From NCBI GenBank assembly GCA_964252035.1, contig OZ176209.1: a stretch of DNA of 64,000 nt; one strand, written 5' to 3'. A program made the translations under genes and the position numbers. Shown here piece after piece: positions 36,726 through 50,986 of the stretch (position 1 is its first letter; each line of letters begins with the position of its first letter). Below the pieces are notes generated by a model. The model made no database searches. It was not told where the DNA came from and worked only from the letters and a program-made list of their open reading frames with translations. The stretch is from Podarcis erhardii. Its lineage: Eukaryota.

Positions 36726-39700
36726 ACACATTTGTGTATGCATTTTTCATGCAAAGTACACACTTCGTGTCCATTTTTAAAAAACTTTGTAATCAGATTG
36801 ATAGCCGTGTTCCAGTCTGCTTATACATCCAGGGCGAGCAAATTAAGTTGCTTCATTTTAAAATGCAGATCCCATTGAATTTATCCTCCCCCTATTCACA
36901 TCACATCATATTACATTTAAGCATAAAAATGCATCAATAAATTGTCACAGATGTTCTATACAAGGGCATCCCTGACAACGCACAGCTGGGAAGGGGGAGT
37001 GGCACTTAAACTGAAGTCTAAATGCTTGCATGTCCCAGGCATTGCAAGTCATAGCCAAACTGGCTACAAGCCACATGGCCTGTCAAATGGAGGAGAGTCA
37101 TGCAGAGCAGCTCAGTGTGTCACTGGAAACTGCATATGCCCTCACCCTTCTAACATGTGGGCAGGTTTTTGGCTGACACAATGTTGTCTGATCACAGCTT
37201 GCATTCTAGCTGTTAAGTCAAGAGGCTGCATCATATGTAACTGCGGGCAATAGAACAAAGAGGGTCTGCTTTTGCAGAAGCAATCTGCATTTGCTTTTTA
37301 TCACCCTCTTTCTCATGCATTGGTTGTTTGGAAACTACAGAGGGCATCAGCACAAGAGGTTCCGATTAATCTTGGAGCAGTTTAATTCTTGAGAGAGGCG
37401 GTTTACCCTTTGTTGTGCGCTTGTGTCCTCCAGTGAAATTATTAAGAGTAATGTGCAGCTCAAGGACAGCACACCCTCATCCACTCCCTTCATGTTAGTG
37501 AGATGGGCAAAAGAGATTAGGAGGAAATGGAACAAGCCTAATTGCTGGATGGTTCTGGCTAGCGCTGTGCCAAAAATTTATCTCACATTTCCCCCCCAGC
37601 CATTCTTCATCAGTGTAAGAAATTACAATGGAAAATTATCAAATGGGAGAGAAAATGTCAGTGAAAATCTTATGGTTGGGGTGCAGGTTTTTGCTTTTGT
37701 TTTACTGTACTTACCTTATGTTGGAGGAAGCTGAAGAGCCTTTTCCTGCCCTCCACACCTGATGTCATGATGTAGAAAGAGATATTGCATGACTTGCATG
37801 AATCAGATGACCCTATCCAGACCCCGATGGCAAAACTCTGCTGAATATATGCTTTTGGTTTTATTTACTTATTAAGAGATTTTTTTATAATGCCTCCCAC
37901 AACAGTCTTCAGGCACTATTGAAAACTAAAAATACAATACATCAATATAAACACAACCCAGTAAAATAAATGCAGCTGCAAATGGGTAAGAATAAAATGG
38001 GTACAGCAATAAGTTTTAAAGAGGCACAGAAATGTGAACTGTGAAAGTGCCTGCCTCGGTTTGGTGGGAAGGTAATGCCACAACGGAAAAGAAATAGCAG
38101 TATTTATGTATTTATTTAATATATTTATATACCACCTTTCAAAAGGAAAACTCTTCCCAATGAGGTTTGCAACTATATCAACATACAAAACAGTAAAATA
38201 TATTTTAACACCTATTTATCATTACTTGTTAATTAATGAGCTTCTTAGTTATTCACCCACCCCAACATTATCAATACTATCAAGCCCAGCCCTGCTCAAA
38301 AAAGGCAGCATAACACAACCATCCAAACCAAACCACAAGTATCAGAACCACAACTAGGCCACAATTAGTTTGTGATGTGCACTTTCATAGCCAGCAAACT
38401 TGCTTCATTAGCTACATGAAGTGGACTGCAGAAGCTCCCCACCCCCTTCTGCGGCTCTTCCCTATGGGATTAGAGACATTCCAATTTATGTCAAGCTGAA
38501 AAATATTATCTCGGTGCCCTCTTGCTGTCTCTTGGCTATATTCCTAACTGCAAATGCATTTCTAGCTCTTCTGCTTTCACACTGCAAATTAATACATCGC
38601 TTTGCTATGTTGCTGAGCCTGCAGCCAGATGGACGGAAATAACCACACTTAGAGAGGCGGCAATTACTCTTCTTTCTCCGAGGTCCTTGTACTAGGGCTG
38701 TTGGCTTGGAGAGGCTGTTGCCCAAGCAGTAAGGGCTATTCACCTTTGCCTTTTCTGCTGGATATACAGCAGATATATAGAAAAAACACTCCAAAAATGA
38801 CAAACTAGCTGCATTCCAGATGTGCAGAAGTTGTTAGCTAAGGAGGTGGGGCCAAGGCAGGTCCAGATGTGAATAGAATTCTGTAGCTTCAGGAAGAGGA
38901 CACACAGTCAAGCAAGAAGTACTGGCACACAGGTCCATTGTGACGGTGAAGTCTATTTTTAGGCTGCCGTCTCTCTCGCCTCCTTTCTGATAATGAGCAC
39001 ATTGTTTTGACTGATGTACAGGTTAGCCGAGATGGAGCCACGGAAGGCTTTTTGCTAAGGGTGGTGGTGGTGAAACATATCTTTGTCCTTTGCAATAATA
39101 GCAAAGAAGAAACAATGTGCAGAACACATTCTATGGACACAATCTAGCTCACATTGAGCATTTTTATTGGCCCATTGATTTCAGGGAGCTTAAGCAAACT
39201 TTTAAAAGCAGGACACCACTGGCACAGTGCCCTTATTGTCCTATAAAAGAGTAATTTGGGGGCATGCATTGTATTACAGACAAAGCAATCTGCCTTACCT
39301 TATTCCAAATATCAGCTATCAAGTGCAGATATAGGCATAGCTGGGTTAAAAGTGGCCTCAGGGTGAGGGTTCATGTGAAACAAAGAAAGGTGCCTTATCT
39401 GAGAAGGCAACTGGTCCATCTAGCTCAGTATTGACTATATTAGCCTCTGCCAACCTGGCGTTCATCAGGTGCTGACTGGGGCTGATGTGAGTTGTAGCCC
39501 AAAACAATTGAGGGTGGGACACCAGGCTAGTGAAGGCTGATTTACACTGCCTGACAGACATGGGTCTTTTCTAGCTATACCTGGAAGTGCCAGGGATTAG
39601 ATCTGGGTCATTCCTCAGATGCTCTCCCTCTGACCTATGGTCCTTCCCCAAAGGGAAGCAGTGGGTACAAGAGGGGTCTGCCATGCACCCCCTCCTGCCC

Positions 39701-40227
39701 ATTGCTTTTTTGCTTGAAATCACACCCAGCCTCATTTCATAAGCTCTTGGATATGTAGCTAAATTTGAAGGTGTAGTCATCCTGTTTAGTTCTGCCCTAA
39801 GAAAGCTAGATAGCATTTGTAAAACCCTCCCTAGATATTGCAATATAATTACCTTTTTCACAAGTGATGCTTTAGCATGGCTTACATGAGTAGTGGTGAG
39901 TCTTGGGTTCACACCATCGATGCTCTGTCAGAAGGAGGAGATTGGAAGAATTTGCTTCCGCGTGAGGTAATTCTGGGTTAGTTCAAAGCAACCTTTAAAC
40001 ATAACCTGGTGCCTCGACACATGTTAGACTTTTAACTCCCACCATCCTTGACCATTGTTTACTGGGGCTGATGGAAGGAGTCCAACAATATCCAGAAGGA
40101 AATGGGAAATGCCAGTTCACTCTACGGTTTGCTAACATGCTAGGATTATTGTAAACCATAGTTCAATACTGGCTTGTTTTGCAGAACCATAGTTCAAACC
40201 AAATCCTTTGACTCCGGATGAAAAAAA

Positions 40228-40349
40228 TCACTTAGAATCACAGAATTGTAGAGTTGGAAGGGACCGTAGAGCCCAACCCCCTTGCAATGTGGGAATCTTT
40301 TGCTCACAGCCCTGAGACTAAGAGTCTCATGCTCTACCAACTGAGCTAG
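40228..40349 (-). mobile_element. tRNA-head SINE with CR1-type tail
   Basis: Minus strand: ctagctcagttggtagagcatgagactcttag...cccttccaactctacaattctgtgattcta. Confidence 0.7.
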
Positions 40350-43300
40350 TTTACAAAGCAGAACAGAAACCTTCACTTTTCCTGCCATGGGATTTTGAAG
40401 TCTCCCCCTTCTTTGCTGAGTTGCTGTTACTGGGCACAGGTCTGCTTTGTTCTGGCTTCTTGATTCCCGTCTCCATCGGGGAGAGCATAGCCAGCTGTAT
40501 CCACGTGCACACAGAGCATACCTTAACCCCAATGGCTGAGCTCTCTCCACATCACTGTAGGCCTGACAGGAGTCAGCCTATATTGTTTCCAGCCCATCTC
40601 TTCCCAGCAGGGCTCTCTGAGTGAGACTTTTGCCCGAGGAACTGGGGAATTTATGGGAGCCTAGGTATTACATTCAGAGACAGATCAAATTTCTCCTTTG
40701 AAAACGCTTGTCCCAGAAGGGATTTTCTCCTCAGGATATTAAATAATTGTGTTTCAAGGAGACTTCCTCCTCCTCTTTTCCTTTCATCTGATGTTATGTA
40801 GGACAGCGGCTATAATAGTATGGCATGGGCAGTGACCCTTGCTTGCTCCATTCACCAAACCCCCTACTCTTCCCATGGTAATGCCTTTTCCATCTCATGC
40901 AGTTATCCCCCATGGAAAAGTGTATATAACAGCAAAATCCCCACTGCCACTTTCCCAATCCTTTTTCTGAAGCTGCTTCTCCCTTCTATTCTGCAACACC
41001 CCTTTGTTTCCCCCTTCACCCCCATTTCCATGCTTCTTCTTCCCTCTTTCCCACCCCCCCTCATTTCTCCAAATGCCCTCTCTTGCTTCTCACCAAGGAT
41101 GCAAATGCCCCCTTAACTCCAGCCACTTTCACTAGCTCCCTCCCCAGTTCCTCTCCCTCTCCAGTTTTCTCCTCAGCTCCCCATGGTTACTTACTAAATT
41201 CATACAACTGTCACCCACCCATAACTCCCTCCCTCCCTCTCCCCCACAGCGCCTCACCTTCCTCCATTACTTCCAGCCAATTCCACCTGCTTCCTTCTCA
41301 AATCCTCCTCTTGCCCTTCTTCTGTCCCCAGATAACTGAAACTGCCACATGGCCACACACACACTCCTCCCCTTACACCAGAGAATTTAAGCAGAGGTAC
41401 AAATAGACAAAGGAGCACACAAACACTTCTGCCCCTTCAGCCCTCCCTTAACCACTTCATCACCAGACTCCTCCAATGCATGGGTACTCACACCTCCCCC
41501 AGGCCTTCCCTTAACATCCCTCCAAGTCATGGCAGCCTCCTTAGATTCAGCAACAGCTTGAACCTAGCTTTTATTCTCCTCCCCAAAATATGTTAGCATT
41601 CCGTGGCCATTGAGCATGTTCAGTCCTTTCTGGGCTGTTTTGGGAACTCTTCTTTGATTTCTTCCCTCTGAGGGTTGTTGTTGTTGTTTTGGTACTTCTG
41701 CCAACCTTTGGAGACCCCTGAGCCTGGTCACCCTTTCCTTTTCTGCATGGCTGGTGCTGTTTTGGCTGAAAAACACTTAGTTTGCTGTTAGCATATAAGA
41801 TGCTCCCTTTTGCATTTGAGGTATAGCTAGAATAGTTAAGAGTCACTAACACCTCCCTGTGCACCCTGAAAACTGATGCAAGGAACTGTTATTGGTCATA
41901 CTTCATTACGCAGGGTTGCTTCCCGCCCCCCCCCCCCCAGCTTTCACTGGCATTATGCTGCAGCTTCGGCATCTCACACATAAAATGAGAGAAATGAGAG
42001 GCAGTTACAGCCCTCATTACTCTGCTGACACTGACCAAAATGATTTATTGTGTGTGTAGCACTGAGCACCCAATCCTGTCAGAAAGAAGGGGGGGCAGGA
42101 GAAGTGTGTAGCCTCCCAGCAAACAAACCCAGGCAATGATGGACTATTAATATCTCTTTGGCCAGATGTATTGTTTAGTGGCAAAAGGTCTGAGAAATTA
42201 ATTAAAAAACCTGGGCGGGGGGCGGACGATTCCTTTGCAAAGCAGATTGCTGGGATATTGAGTCAGAGGAAGGATGCATGGCAGAAGAAGGAGAAACAGC
42301 AAGCGAGAGGAGTGGGATGGAGAGAGCTGTCAGTTTGCAGCGAAAGAACACCCATGCAGAGCCGTCTGTGGCTGCCTCTGATTTTAATAACACCAGCTGT
42401 ACGGAAAGCCAGATTGCTGCTTTGTCTTCAATCTCTCAAACAAACTAGTGATGATAAACGGCTGAGATGTGAATCAGTATAATCTACATTTGATGCGCAG
42501 GATGTGGGCTGGTGCTGTGATGGAAAAGGGCAAGAGGAGACCAGGGGCACCTGCCACAGAAGCTAGGAAGACAGTCATTCCACACCAACAGCCCATCAAC
42601 ACTGCCATCCTCAAGTGGTGACCTTTCACAAGGAGGCTGTTCGGGAGGTAACCTACGGAAGCTGCCTTATACTGAGGGAGACAATCAGCCCATCTAGCTT
42701 AGCCAGTATGGCAGGGGTGAGGAAGCTTTTCTGGCCAATGGGCCAGGTTTTTAACTCCTCAGTTCCCCTGGTGGGCCAAATTTGACAGGTGGGTAATGCT
42801 TTGAAGTCTTGGATGTCAGGACTTCAAAGCCAGAGCAGTGAGGTTTGAAAGCTCTCTTGCTGATTGCAAACTACATTGGGCTCACACCCCTGTTTGAGTT
42901 CCTGAAGGTGCTGCCTGAAATCCCTTTCTAAAAGGGAGAAGCCCTGGGTGCTTTCAAAGAGCAGCTTTTTCTGCTCCCTATCCCAATGGGACAGCCCTCC
43001 CCCCTGTTTCTTGAGCCCTGTACAGAAGTGATGTTTCCGAAAGGCAGATATTCCTCCCTTCCTGGTTACCAGATGGGGATGTGAGGGGGCAAAGGTGCAG
43101 GCAGGCCACTTCAGTGGGGTGTATGTGGCCCCATCAGGGGGCATGGTTGCAGCAACAGAGAAGCAGGAGGAGGCAGTAAGTCCAGTGCCTGGCAGTGGTG
43201 CGCTGCATGCACAGCTGGTTCACAGTGGTGGCAATGCCTTCAGGAGCCTGCCACCCTGAGACAACCACCTCACCATGCCTCATTCATGCCCTGATTAAAC

Positions 43301-43537
43301 ATTGCTCCTTGCTGTATCACAGTACTGTGTTGAAGATTCAACTGTTTGTCCAGTTGGCCTCTGTACATGGAAGGTGGGCATTTTGGCCTTTGCTTCAGAC
43401 AGCAAAAGGTGGACCTGGTGGTGCGAGCGACTGATCTGAGCTCCTTCCTGAGACCGCATGGTCAAAATTTCTTTCTTTTAGCTAGCAACAAACTCTGCAG
43501 TGTTATTAGACTGGGCGTAAGCAGCCATCAGTTTAAT

Positions 43538-43657
43538 CAGAGATGGGGGAGCTGTGGCCATCCAGATATTGGTGGACTACAACTCCCATCAGCCCCAGCT
43601 AGCATAGTTTATGGTCAGGGGGACGGGAGTCGCAGTCCCCTGCTCCGCCCATCCCTG
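43538..43657. mobile_element. hAT MITE
   Basis: TIR cagagatggg / cccatccctg; degenerate 8-bp TSD agtttaat / agctgaat. Confidence 0.65.
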
Positions 43658-45650
43658 AGCTGAATGAAGAAAAGCTCAAGCCAATAAGGGAGCTGGTAGG
43701 AAAAGGTGATATTTGTACTGTGATACAGCAAGGAGGAATGTTTAATACCACAATCTGGCAAGACCTTTCAGCGCATGTCCCCAAGATATACTTAATCCAC
43801 CTGCTTTTGTCTTTCATCTCTTCTCCAAGTTACAAGGAGCAACTTGACAGATAAAATCATGTAGAGAATGAGAGTGAACAGCTGTTGCTTGTTCCTATTT
43901 TTTGGGCTGGAAGGGAAGTTATAAAGGTCTGTTCACCTTCAAGACCTATTATATTTGCACCTGCTATGGATGAAATCTAATATACTGTTCAGAAAGTCCT
44001 ACAGAGCAGACTTCGCTACCTCCCCAAGTCCCTAAGTAATTTCTCCTATTGCCCACTTATGCATATGATCATAAAATTATTGACTTGAGATCTTTTACAC
44101 TTTGCTCAGTCAGGTAAGGCAGAGCTCTACAACATTAAGTATTCAGCTTCGGTATGTAGCCACTTGAAGATTGCTCAGATATTTGAAGGGTAGAACAATC
44201 TGCAGGCTGAGCAATGGTATAGTTTGGTGACAGTCTTGACTCTGGACCCTCTACTTAAATGGTGATATGTATTGCTTCACTTCAACATCTGAAGTATAGT
44301 TTTGATGCATATCAGACAAATATCATTAACTACATAACCCATTTCACTGTCTTGACTTATTTATTTTAAGAGCTTTTCCTTTTATGAATTAGCTCCCCTT
44401 TTGGTGTGTGTGTGTAAACATGTACTGGTGTAAATGTCTATTCCTTTAAATTGTCATCACTTGCCCTTGCTCTCAATTGCCCTCATTTGTCTCCAGTGAT
44501 GTAAGCATGTAGCAAAATCCAATTGTTACTGACAGCAAGGATGGCGAAAGCCAACTAATTGCATCAAAAATCATGTGATGACTGGCCAGAGTCATCACCT
44601 GTGCATCCGGAACAAACTGCAAGCTTGATCGACCGACACTGAACTTATGCTTTCAGTAATATGATGGCTCTCATATCAGAAGATCTGTTCACTGCCATTC
44701 ACCTACTTGCAGCCTTCAAAAATCAGACCTAAACTGCTACACCAGGGTCAGATGTCAAGAAACAAAAGCTGGATGATTTCATCCTCAGTGGTGCTATCAG
44801 GACTTTGAGGCAGACGTCCAAAGCCTCACTCAGCAGAATGAACAGGAGGGTTCCCAACTGCATATGCCAGTCTGGTAAGGAGGCCGCAATACTTTGCTTT
44901 CATTTTCCATTTGGGATGATGTGAATAATACAGCAACCTCCTTTTGACGGGAGTAAGGATTAATTAATAGTAGCAATGTGCTTTGAAGATAAGATCTAAG
45001 TGTTATTATTAAAAAAAAATTACCTGCAATTTGCACTGTAGCTTAGAAGACAGGAGTAATTTACCATGTAATGATGTGATATGTACCATGGGCCAAATTA
45101 AGCCCTTGAATGCATGTGCACTGCCCCCATGGACATTAATGAAAGTTGCTATTGAAATAGAGGGGGGTGGGCAGGTGGCATGCTTATGTAAGCATCCTTC
45201 TATTGCCTGGTAAATTGTGTAGAATTAACAAGCAGTTAAGAGATGAGTGTCTTGCAATCTGTTTGATACACAAGCCCTTGCACATAAAATACATACTCCA
45301 AACAATGAAGTGGATTTATAGAGTAATTCTTTTGGAAGCAATTTAAAATCCAAATGAGAACATCAAAGTTATGAATACCTTTGGAAGAGAGGTTCCTTGT
45401 AATTCTACAGCATCTGTAATTCTTCTACATTCTCCATCCTTCCGTAGCCAGATGACAACTCGACAGTGTAGTCTAAAGCTGAAGGGGGAATAATATTTCA
45501 AATCCATAATTTGAATATCAATGGTAACAATGTGAGTTCTGGTGTAAATCCAATCATTTTATTTGTCTATGTACTTATGGGCTGTCTTTTAGCAGTATTC
45601 AACCCACTTTTGCTCAAACTTAATGGAAATCAATGGACCTCACTTAGTAA

Positions 45651-46006
45651 AGTAAAGGTAATGGGACCCCTGACCATTAGGTCCAGTCGTGGCCGACTCT
45701 GGGGTTGCGGCGCTCATCTCGCTTTATTGGCCGAGGGAGCCAGCGTACAGCTTCCGGGTCATGTGGCCAGCATAACTAAGCCGCTTCTGGCGAACCAGAG
45801 CAGTGCACAGAAACGCCGTTTACCTTCTCGCTGGAGCGGTACCTATTTATCTACTTGCACTTTGATGTGCTTTCGAACTGCTAGGTGGGCAGGAGCAGGG
45901 ACCGAGCAACGGGAGCTCACCCAGTCGCGGGGATTCAAACCGCCGACCTTCTGAACGGCAAGTCCTAGGCTCTGTGGCTTAACCCACAGCGCCACCCGCA
46001 TCCCTT
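45651..46006 (-). mobile_element. Sauria SINE, full length
   Basis: Perfect 15-bp TSD gacctcacttagtaa at 45636-45650 and 46007-46021. Confidence 0.94.
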
Positions 46007-48654
46007 GACCTCACTTAGTAATGTTCATTAATTTCAGTGGATCTACTCTGAGTAAAATTTAGTTGAATATATTAAAAACAAGAAGATCCAAACCATTATA
46101 AAACAGCAGCATCAAAACTAAAACATAGGCCAGATAATTAGTGAAACAGCAGCTTCATACTTAAGACAGAGCAAAATATTTTAAAGACATCTCAGCAATT
46201 GGAAGCAGCAGTGTTAAAAGAGCTCAGGAGAAGGCAGCCTGATACAAAAGCGTTTTCAAAAGACTTCAACAGCTGTGGCCACATAAAACATCTACGAGGG
46301 CTTACATAATTGGGGCTCAGTAGGGAGGATCCACAACTTGGGGGCCACCACAGAAAAGAATATGGCTTGGCTGTGGCATTTGGCTTCTATTTCATATTGC
46401 CACTTAAGCTATATTACACCTGCCATTTGCAAAGCGTTTTATATTATCTCGTTCCAGGGCTCACTACATTAACTGGATGTTAAGCCCCATTAGCTTTACT
46501 GGGATGCCCTTCAGTTAGAGTGTGCACGGGATTGCGCTAAACTCACTGGTTTGTATCTACTAAGTAAAATTCTGGAGCAAGTTCTTTGAAATTAATGAAC
46601 CCATTAACTTCAATCGGTCTATTCTACATAGGGCCAGCATTGGATAGAACACAACACACTGTGTAAAGCAGGGATGGGAAGTAACATGGCCAATGGTCAG
46701 GGAGGATTGGAGCTGGAATCCCAGAAAATCTGGAGGGCCACCAGTTCTGCATGCTTGGTGCAAAATCACTTTACAGACATGGGGTTGAAGCGAAATATTC
46801 CTATCCTCTAGTGGAAGAGGTTCTGTGTTGCCTTCCATGAGTGGAAGGGGGCTTTTGGATCCAACCCAACTGCTCACTTACAGAAAACCCATGACTTCAT
46901 TCCCCACATAAAATTTAAATCATATATTGGGGGGTGGGGAAAAACCAAAGGAGAGAGATAGATTAAAAAGATAAATATTAAAATAGAAAATTGATGGTGG
47001 TGGGTGGGAGGAACCCCATCAATAAAGACAGACTTGACATGAATCTATGGCCAGTGTGGGCTTTGAAGGCAGCCCTGGCAGGCAGATATGGTCCCTTTCA
47101 TGCTATATTAACTTTAAAAAGGAGAGAAAGAATCGGAATAGTTGACAACAGTATCTTATTTGCAAAACTATATTTTTTCCCTACTACCCCAACTAACCCT
47201 TGAGTCAATTTATCTCCTGCTGTTTATCCCATTCATTATCCTAACTAGACAGTAAATGCGTACATCACCGCCAGCAGTTGTTGCACCATGAAAGAGCAAG
47301 CTTAAGCTTCAAGGGACTCGGATTTAGTGCTGGGAAGCCAGGAGGCCCATAAACCTAAGTGGCTACGGCAGGGGAAATGGAGAGAGGAAAGCGGCCAGTT
47401 TAGACGATGACATCCTTAGTTTATAGGTGAGAAAGCAGCCACCTTTACTTATGCCTGACTGCTTATTTGCTGCTCAGCACTGAATGAGGCTGGTTGAAGA
47501 GAGTCTCTAGATAGCTAACACACACACACCGGCTGTAGGGGAAAGGAAGTCGCCACGCATCTGCCCAATGTTAACCTAGAGCGGAGCAGAAATGACTTCC
47601 TCGCTATCGTAAACCAACAAGCATCGCTTTGCAAGTCTCTGTTTTATCTCTATTCGAGAGCCTCTGGTCATGTTTTATTTCAGTGGTTTATGAAACTGTA
47701 GGCTGAACAGCTTCAAAGGTAGGAAGAAATGTATCTCCCTGAATAGAGCAGTTTGGGGATGCAGCCAGAGAGAACCACCACCAAATAAGGAAGCCTTTCT
47801 TGCCTAGTCCCCAGGAGTGCAGAGATGAGGCACCAGCATGAAGCAACATTCTGCAGCTGTAAAATTACAACTTACAAAAGGAAGTAAAACAGGTTAAAAG
47901 GATCTGAATAAGGTTAAACCCACCAGCTTGGGTCCCTATTAGTCTGAGGCACTGGAGTATTTTACCTTATCTCTCAATGTCTGGAGGGGTCCAGGCTTTC
48001 TTCTCTTGTGAGTGAGTGAAGTAGCTGTCTCCCTACTCCTAGCCCTTATAGTCATGCACTTTAATAAACCAAGGGAGTCCTGTCAGCATGATGACTCTGA
48101 CCCAACTTTTGAGCTTTGAGCAGGCCTCAAACAGAGTCCTTGGCCCAACCTGGAGCCCTGCAGGTCTGAGGATGCTCCCATCACCCAGCCATGATTCTTG
48201 AAAATGTGTTCTTTCTTCTGTGCACCAAGGGCTGTGAAAGACCTACCTTTGCTTGGTTTCCCTCACACAACCACCCAGGGAGACCCTCACGCTTTGGACT
48301 GACTCCACCCACCTATCCACCTGGGCTGCTGACTAGATCCTTCCAAACAGGAAGGAGTATAAGCTTCCAGTTCCAGTTAAACCTTGCTCAGTTGCGTCCC
48401 TCGGCACACAGGCAATTCACAAAAGTCAAGAGGGGGACAGGGTTGGAGGCTCAATCCAGCTCCTCCTTCTTGTGTTCAGACTTAAAAAAGAGGCATGTCT
48501 TTAAAAAAGAAGAAGAACTCCTGCAAGAAAATGCAGGCTGCCTTAGCCTGTGCATTCATGTGGGGCAACGGGGTGGGTGGGAGAGGAAGAGACTGTGTGT
48601 GCAGCCCCTGGAAGCTTGGCCATGAAGGAATGTGTCTCTTAAATTGAAAAAGAG

Positions 48655-48676
48655 GTGTGTGTGTGTGTGTGTGTGT
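48655..48676. repeat. (GT)n microsatellite
   Basis: Direct reading. Confidence 0.95.
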
Positions 48677-49131
48677 CCGTTCTGAGTCTTATGTCTAGAT
48701 ATGCAATATATAAAGATAAGATGCATATGGATTTTTAAACTTTCCGGCACTTCAACCATTTTGAATGCATTGAATTTTATTAGCCCTCTGATTCCACACA
48801 GAAGTTTCCTTTCCTTCAGCCTTCTGCTAAATCTGTCTATTCAAAGGCTTCATTATGTCTCAATCTTCGTATTGTTGAAATATTCATTCAGAGAGATGTT
48901 GCTAGCCAGTTGGTATTCACAGAGGTGTGTCTGAAGGGATTTGAAGCGATCTGTCTCTTGTAAGAAGCGGTTCTGAATTTGACCTGGCTAGAATTCAATG
49001 GTAATCCACAGAAATGTCTTTCAGGTGGTATTTAAAGCTGATGCCCTGATCCTAGCAAAGTCCTCTGGCTGTACAAGTTTCAAAGTTCACACCAAGCTTC
49101 CCTGCTTTCCCTGAGTTTCTCTGTGCACTTC

Positions 49132-49260
49132 ATAATAATCATTTTATTATTGATACCCTGCCCATCTGGCTGGGTTGCCCCAGACACTCTGTGCTGCTTC
49201 CAACACAAATAAAAACATAGTGCAATATCAAACATTAAAAACTTCCCAATACAGGGCAGT
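49132..49260 (-). mobile_element. L2 LINE 3' fragment
   Basis: Reverse complement of the L2 3' UTR (ataccctgcccatctggctgggttgccccag...aaacattaaaaacttccc). Confidence 0.8.
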
Positions 49261-49422
49261 CTATGCTGAAGAGGGCAGTCTATGCATACAAAATATGTAT
49301 GAACAGAGTTGCCTTCTCCATTGAAATGAATGGAGATTCATGTGCCCATCAACAGAAGATAAAAGCTCTGGACTGGAGCATAACCCTCCTCCTGCCTTGC
49401 TCTTCCTCTCTTGGTAGACTAG

Positions 49423-49776
49423 CTAAAGGTAAAGGGACCCCTGACCATTAGGTCCAGTCATGGCCGACTCTGGGGTTGCGGTGCTCATCTCGCTTTATTG
49501 GCCGAGGGAGCCGGCGTACAGCTTCTGGGTCATGTGGTCAGCATGACTAAGCCACTTCTGGCGAACCAGAGCAGCGCACGGAAACGCCATTTACCTTCCC
49601 GCCGGAGCGGTACCTATTTATCTACTTGCACTTTGACGTGCTTTCGAACTGCTAGGTTGGCAGGAGCAGGGACCGAGTAACGGGAGCTCACCCCGTCGTG
49701 GGGATTCGAACTGCCGACCTTCTGATCGGCAAGTCCTAGGCTCTGTGCTTTAACCCACAGCGCCACCTGGGTCCCT
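49423..49776 (-). mobile_element. Sauria SINE, full length
   Basis: TSD ggtagactag at 49413-49422 and 49778-49787. Confidence 0.93.
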
Positions 49777-50384
49777 AGGTAGACTAGGTAGTAAAGTAAA
49801 TCTTCTTTACTGCCTAGTCTTCCACATTCCACTCTTATCTTGACTTGTTAACTAACACTAACACACCCTCCATACTGTATTAGTCTTTATCTCTTCACCT
49901 GTCTGCGCAATAGGAACTGAATATGGTTCAGGCTCCATAGGGTATGAGTAGCCTGTGTAACTTGCAACTGTTAACCATGTTGTTACTTTTGAAGCATCTA
50001 CCTGATTTCAATCACTGTCAGGGCTTATCCACACTTCCTCCGGTCCCGCTGTTTTCCCCTGGGGAAAATGGCTGTGTAGTGCTCCATCAATCAGAGCAAA
50101 TGGCAATTGAGGTTTTCTCCTGACTGACGTTTGCTCCAGCCCCAAAAAGTGTGGGTTAAGCAGGAAAGCACTTGTCTAGACACAGAAGAAATGGAAGTGT
50201 GGGCAAGCCATCAGTCATATTGCGTAATAAATATTCCTAATCATCATAGTTGTGTGGTTCTTGCTAAATTACCCTAAGTACGCAAGGCAATTATTGACAT
50301 TTTTGAGCTAATCGGTTCCATTGCAGTTTACAACCATAAAATAGAACAGTTCCTGAAATCTAAAGCAGCATAAAAACACAATGC

Positions 50385-50631
50385 CCATCTGGCCCGGGGC
50401 GGGGCCTGAAGCCCCATAAGGACTGCTGTGCTCTGCTGCCCAGGAGGACTCTCCTGTGTGGGTGTCTGAGGGCCCTGCTCCTTCCTGCCACTCACCATCT
50501 GGCCCGGGGCGGGGCCTGAAGCCCCATAAGGACTGCTGTGCTCTGCTGCCCAGGAGGACTCTCCTGTGTGTGAGTGTCTGAGGGCCCTGCTCCTTCCTGC
50601 CACTCACCATCTGGCCCAGGGCAGGGCCTGA
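50385..50631 (+). repeat. 2.2 tandem copies of a 110/112-bp GC-rich monomer (L2 5' UTR)
   Basis: Units start at 50385, 50495 and 50607 (ccatctggccc); the first two differ by about 2 nt. Confidence 0.92.
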
Positions 50632-50986
50632 CAGGCCTCACAGGGACGATTGCTGTCACTGCTGCTGCGGCCCAGGGGGATCCGGAGGGGTGCAGACTTC
50701 TTTTTAAAATGTTTTAAAATTTTCCTTTTCCTTTTTATTTCTTTATTATTATTATTATTATTGTCATTATTATTATTGTATATGCAGGGATGGGGTGGGG
50801 GTGGAATGGATGTTTAGTTGGGAATTTGTTTGATTTTGATGGATTTGTAATTTTTACAGTTTTTTATTTGTATTTTTTTTTGTTTTTTGGGGTTTCTTTT
50901 TTGTTTTGTTTTCATTGTTTTAAGGCCTTATTTTGTTCTTAAGGGGAGGGGTCAGGGCTGCCGGGGAGTGGGTCCCAGCCAACAAA

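Noticed and set aside
50385-50631. CRISPR-like or satellite array
   Set aside because: The units are contiguous with no spacers, the context is eukaryotic, and it is part of the L2 5' end.
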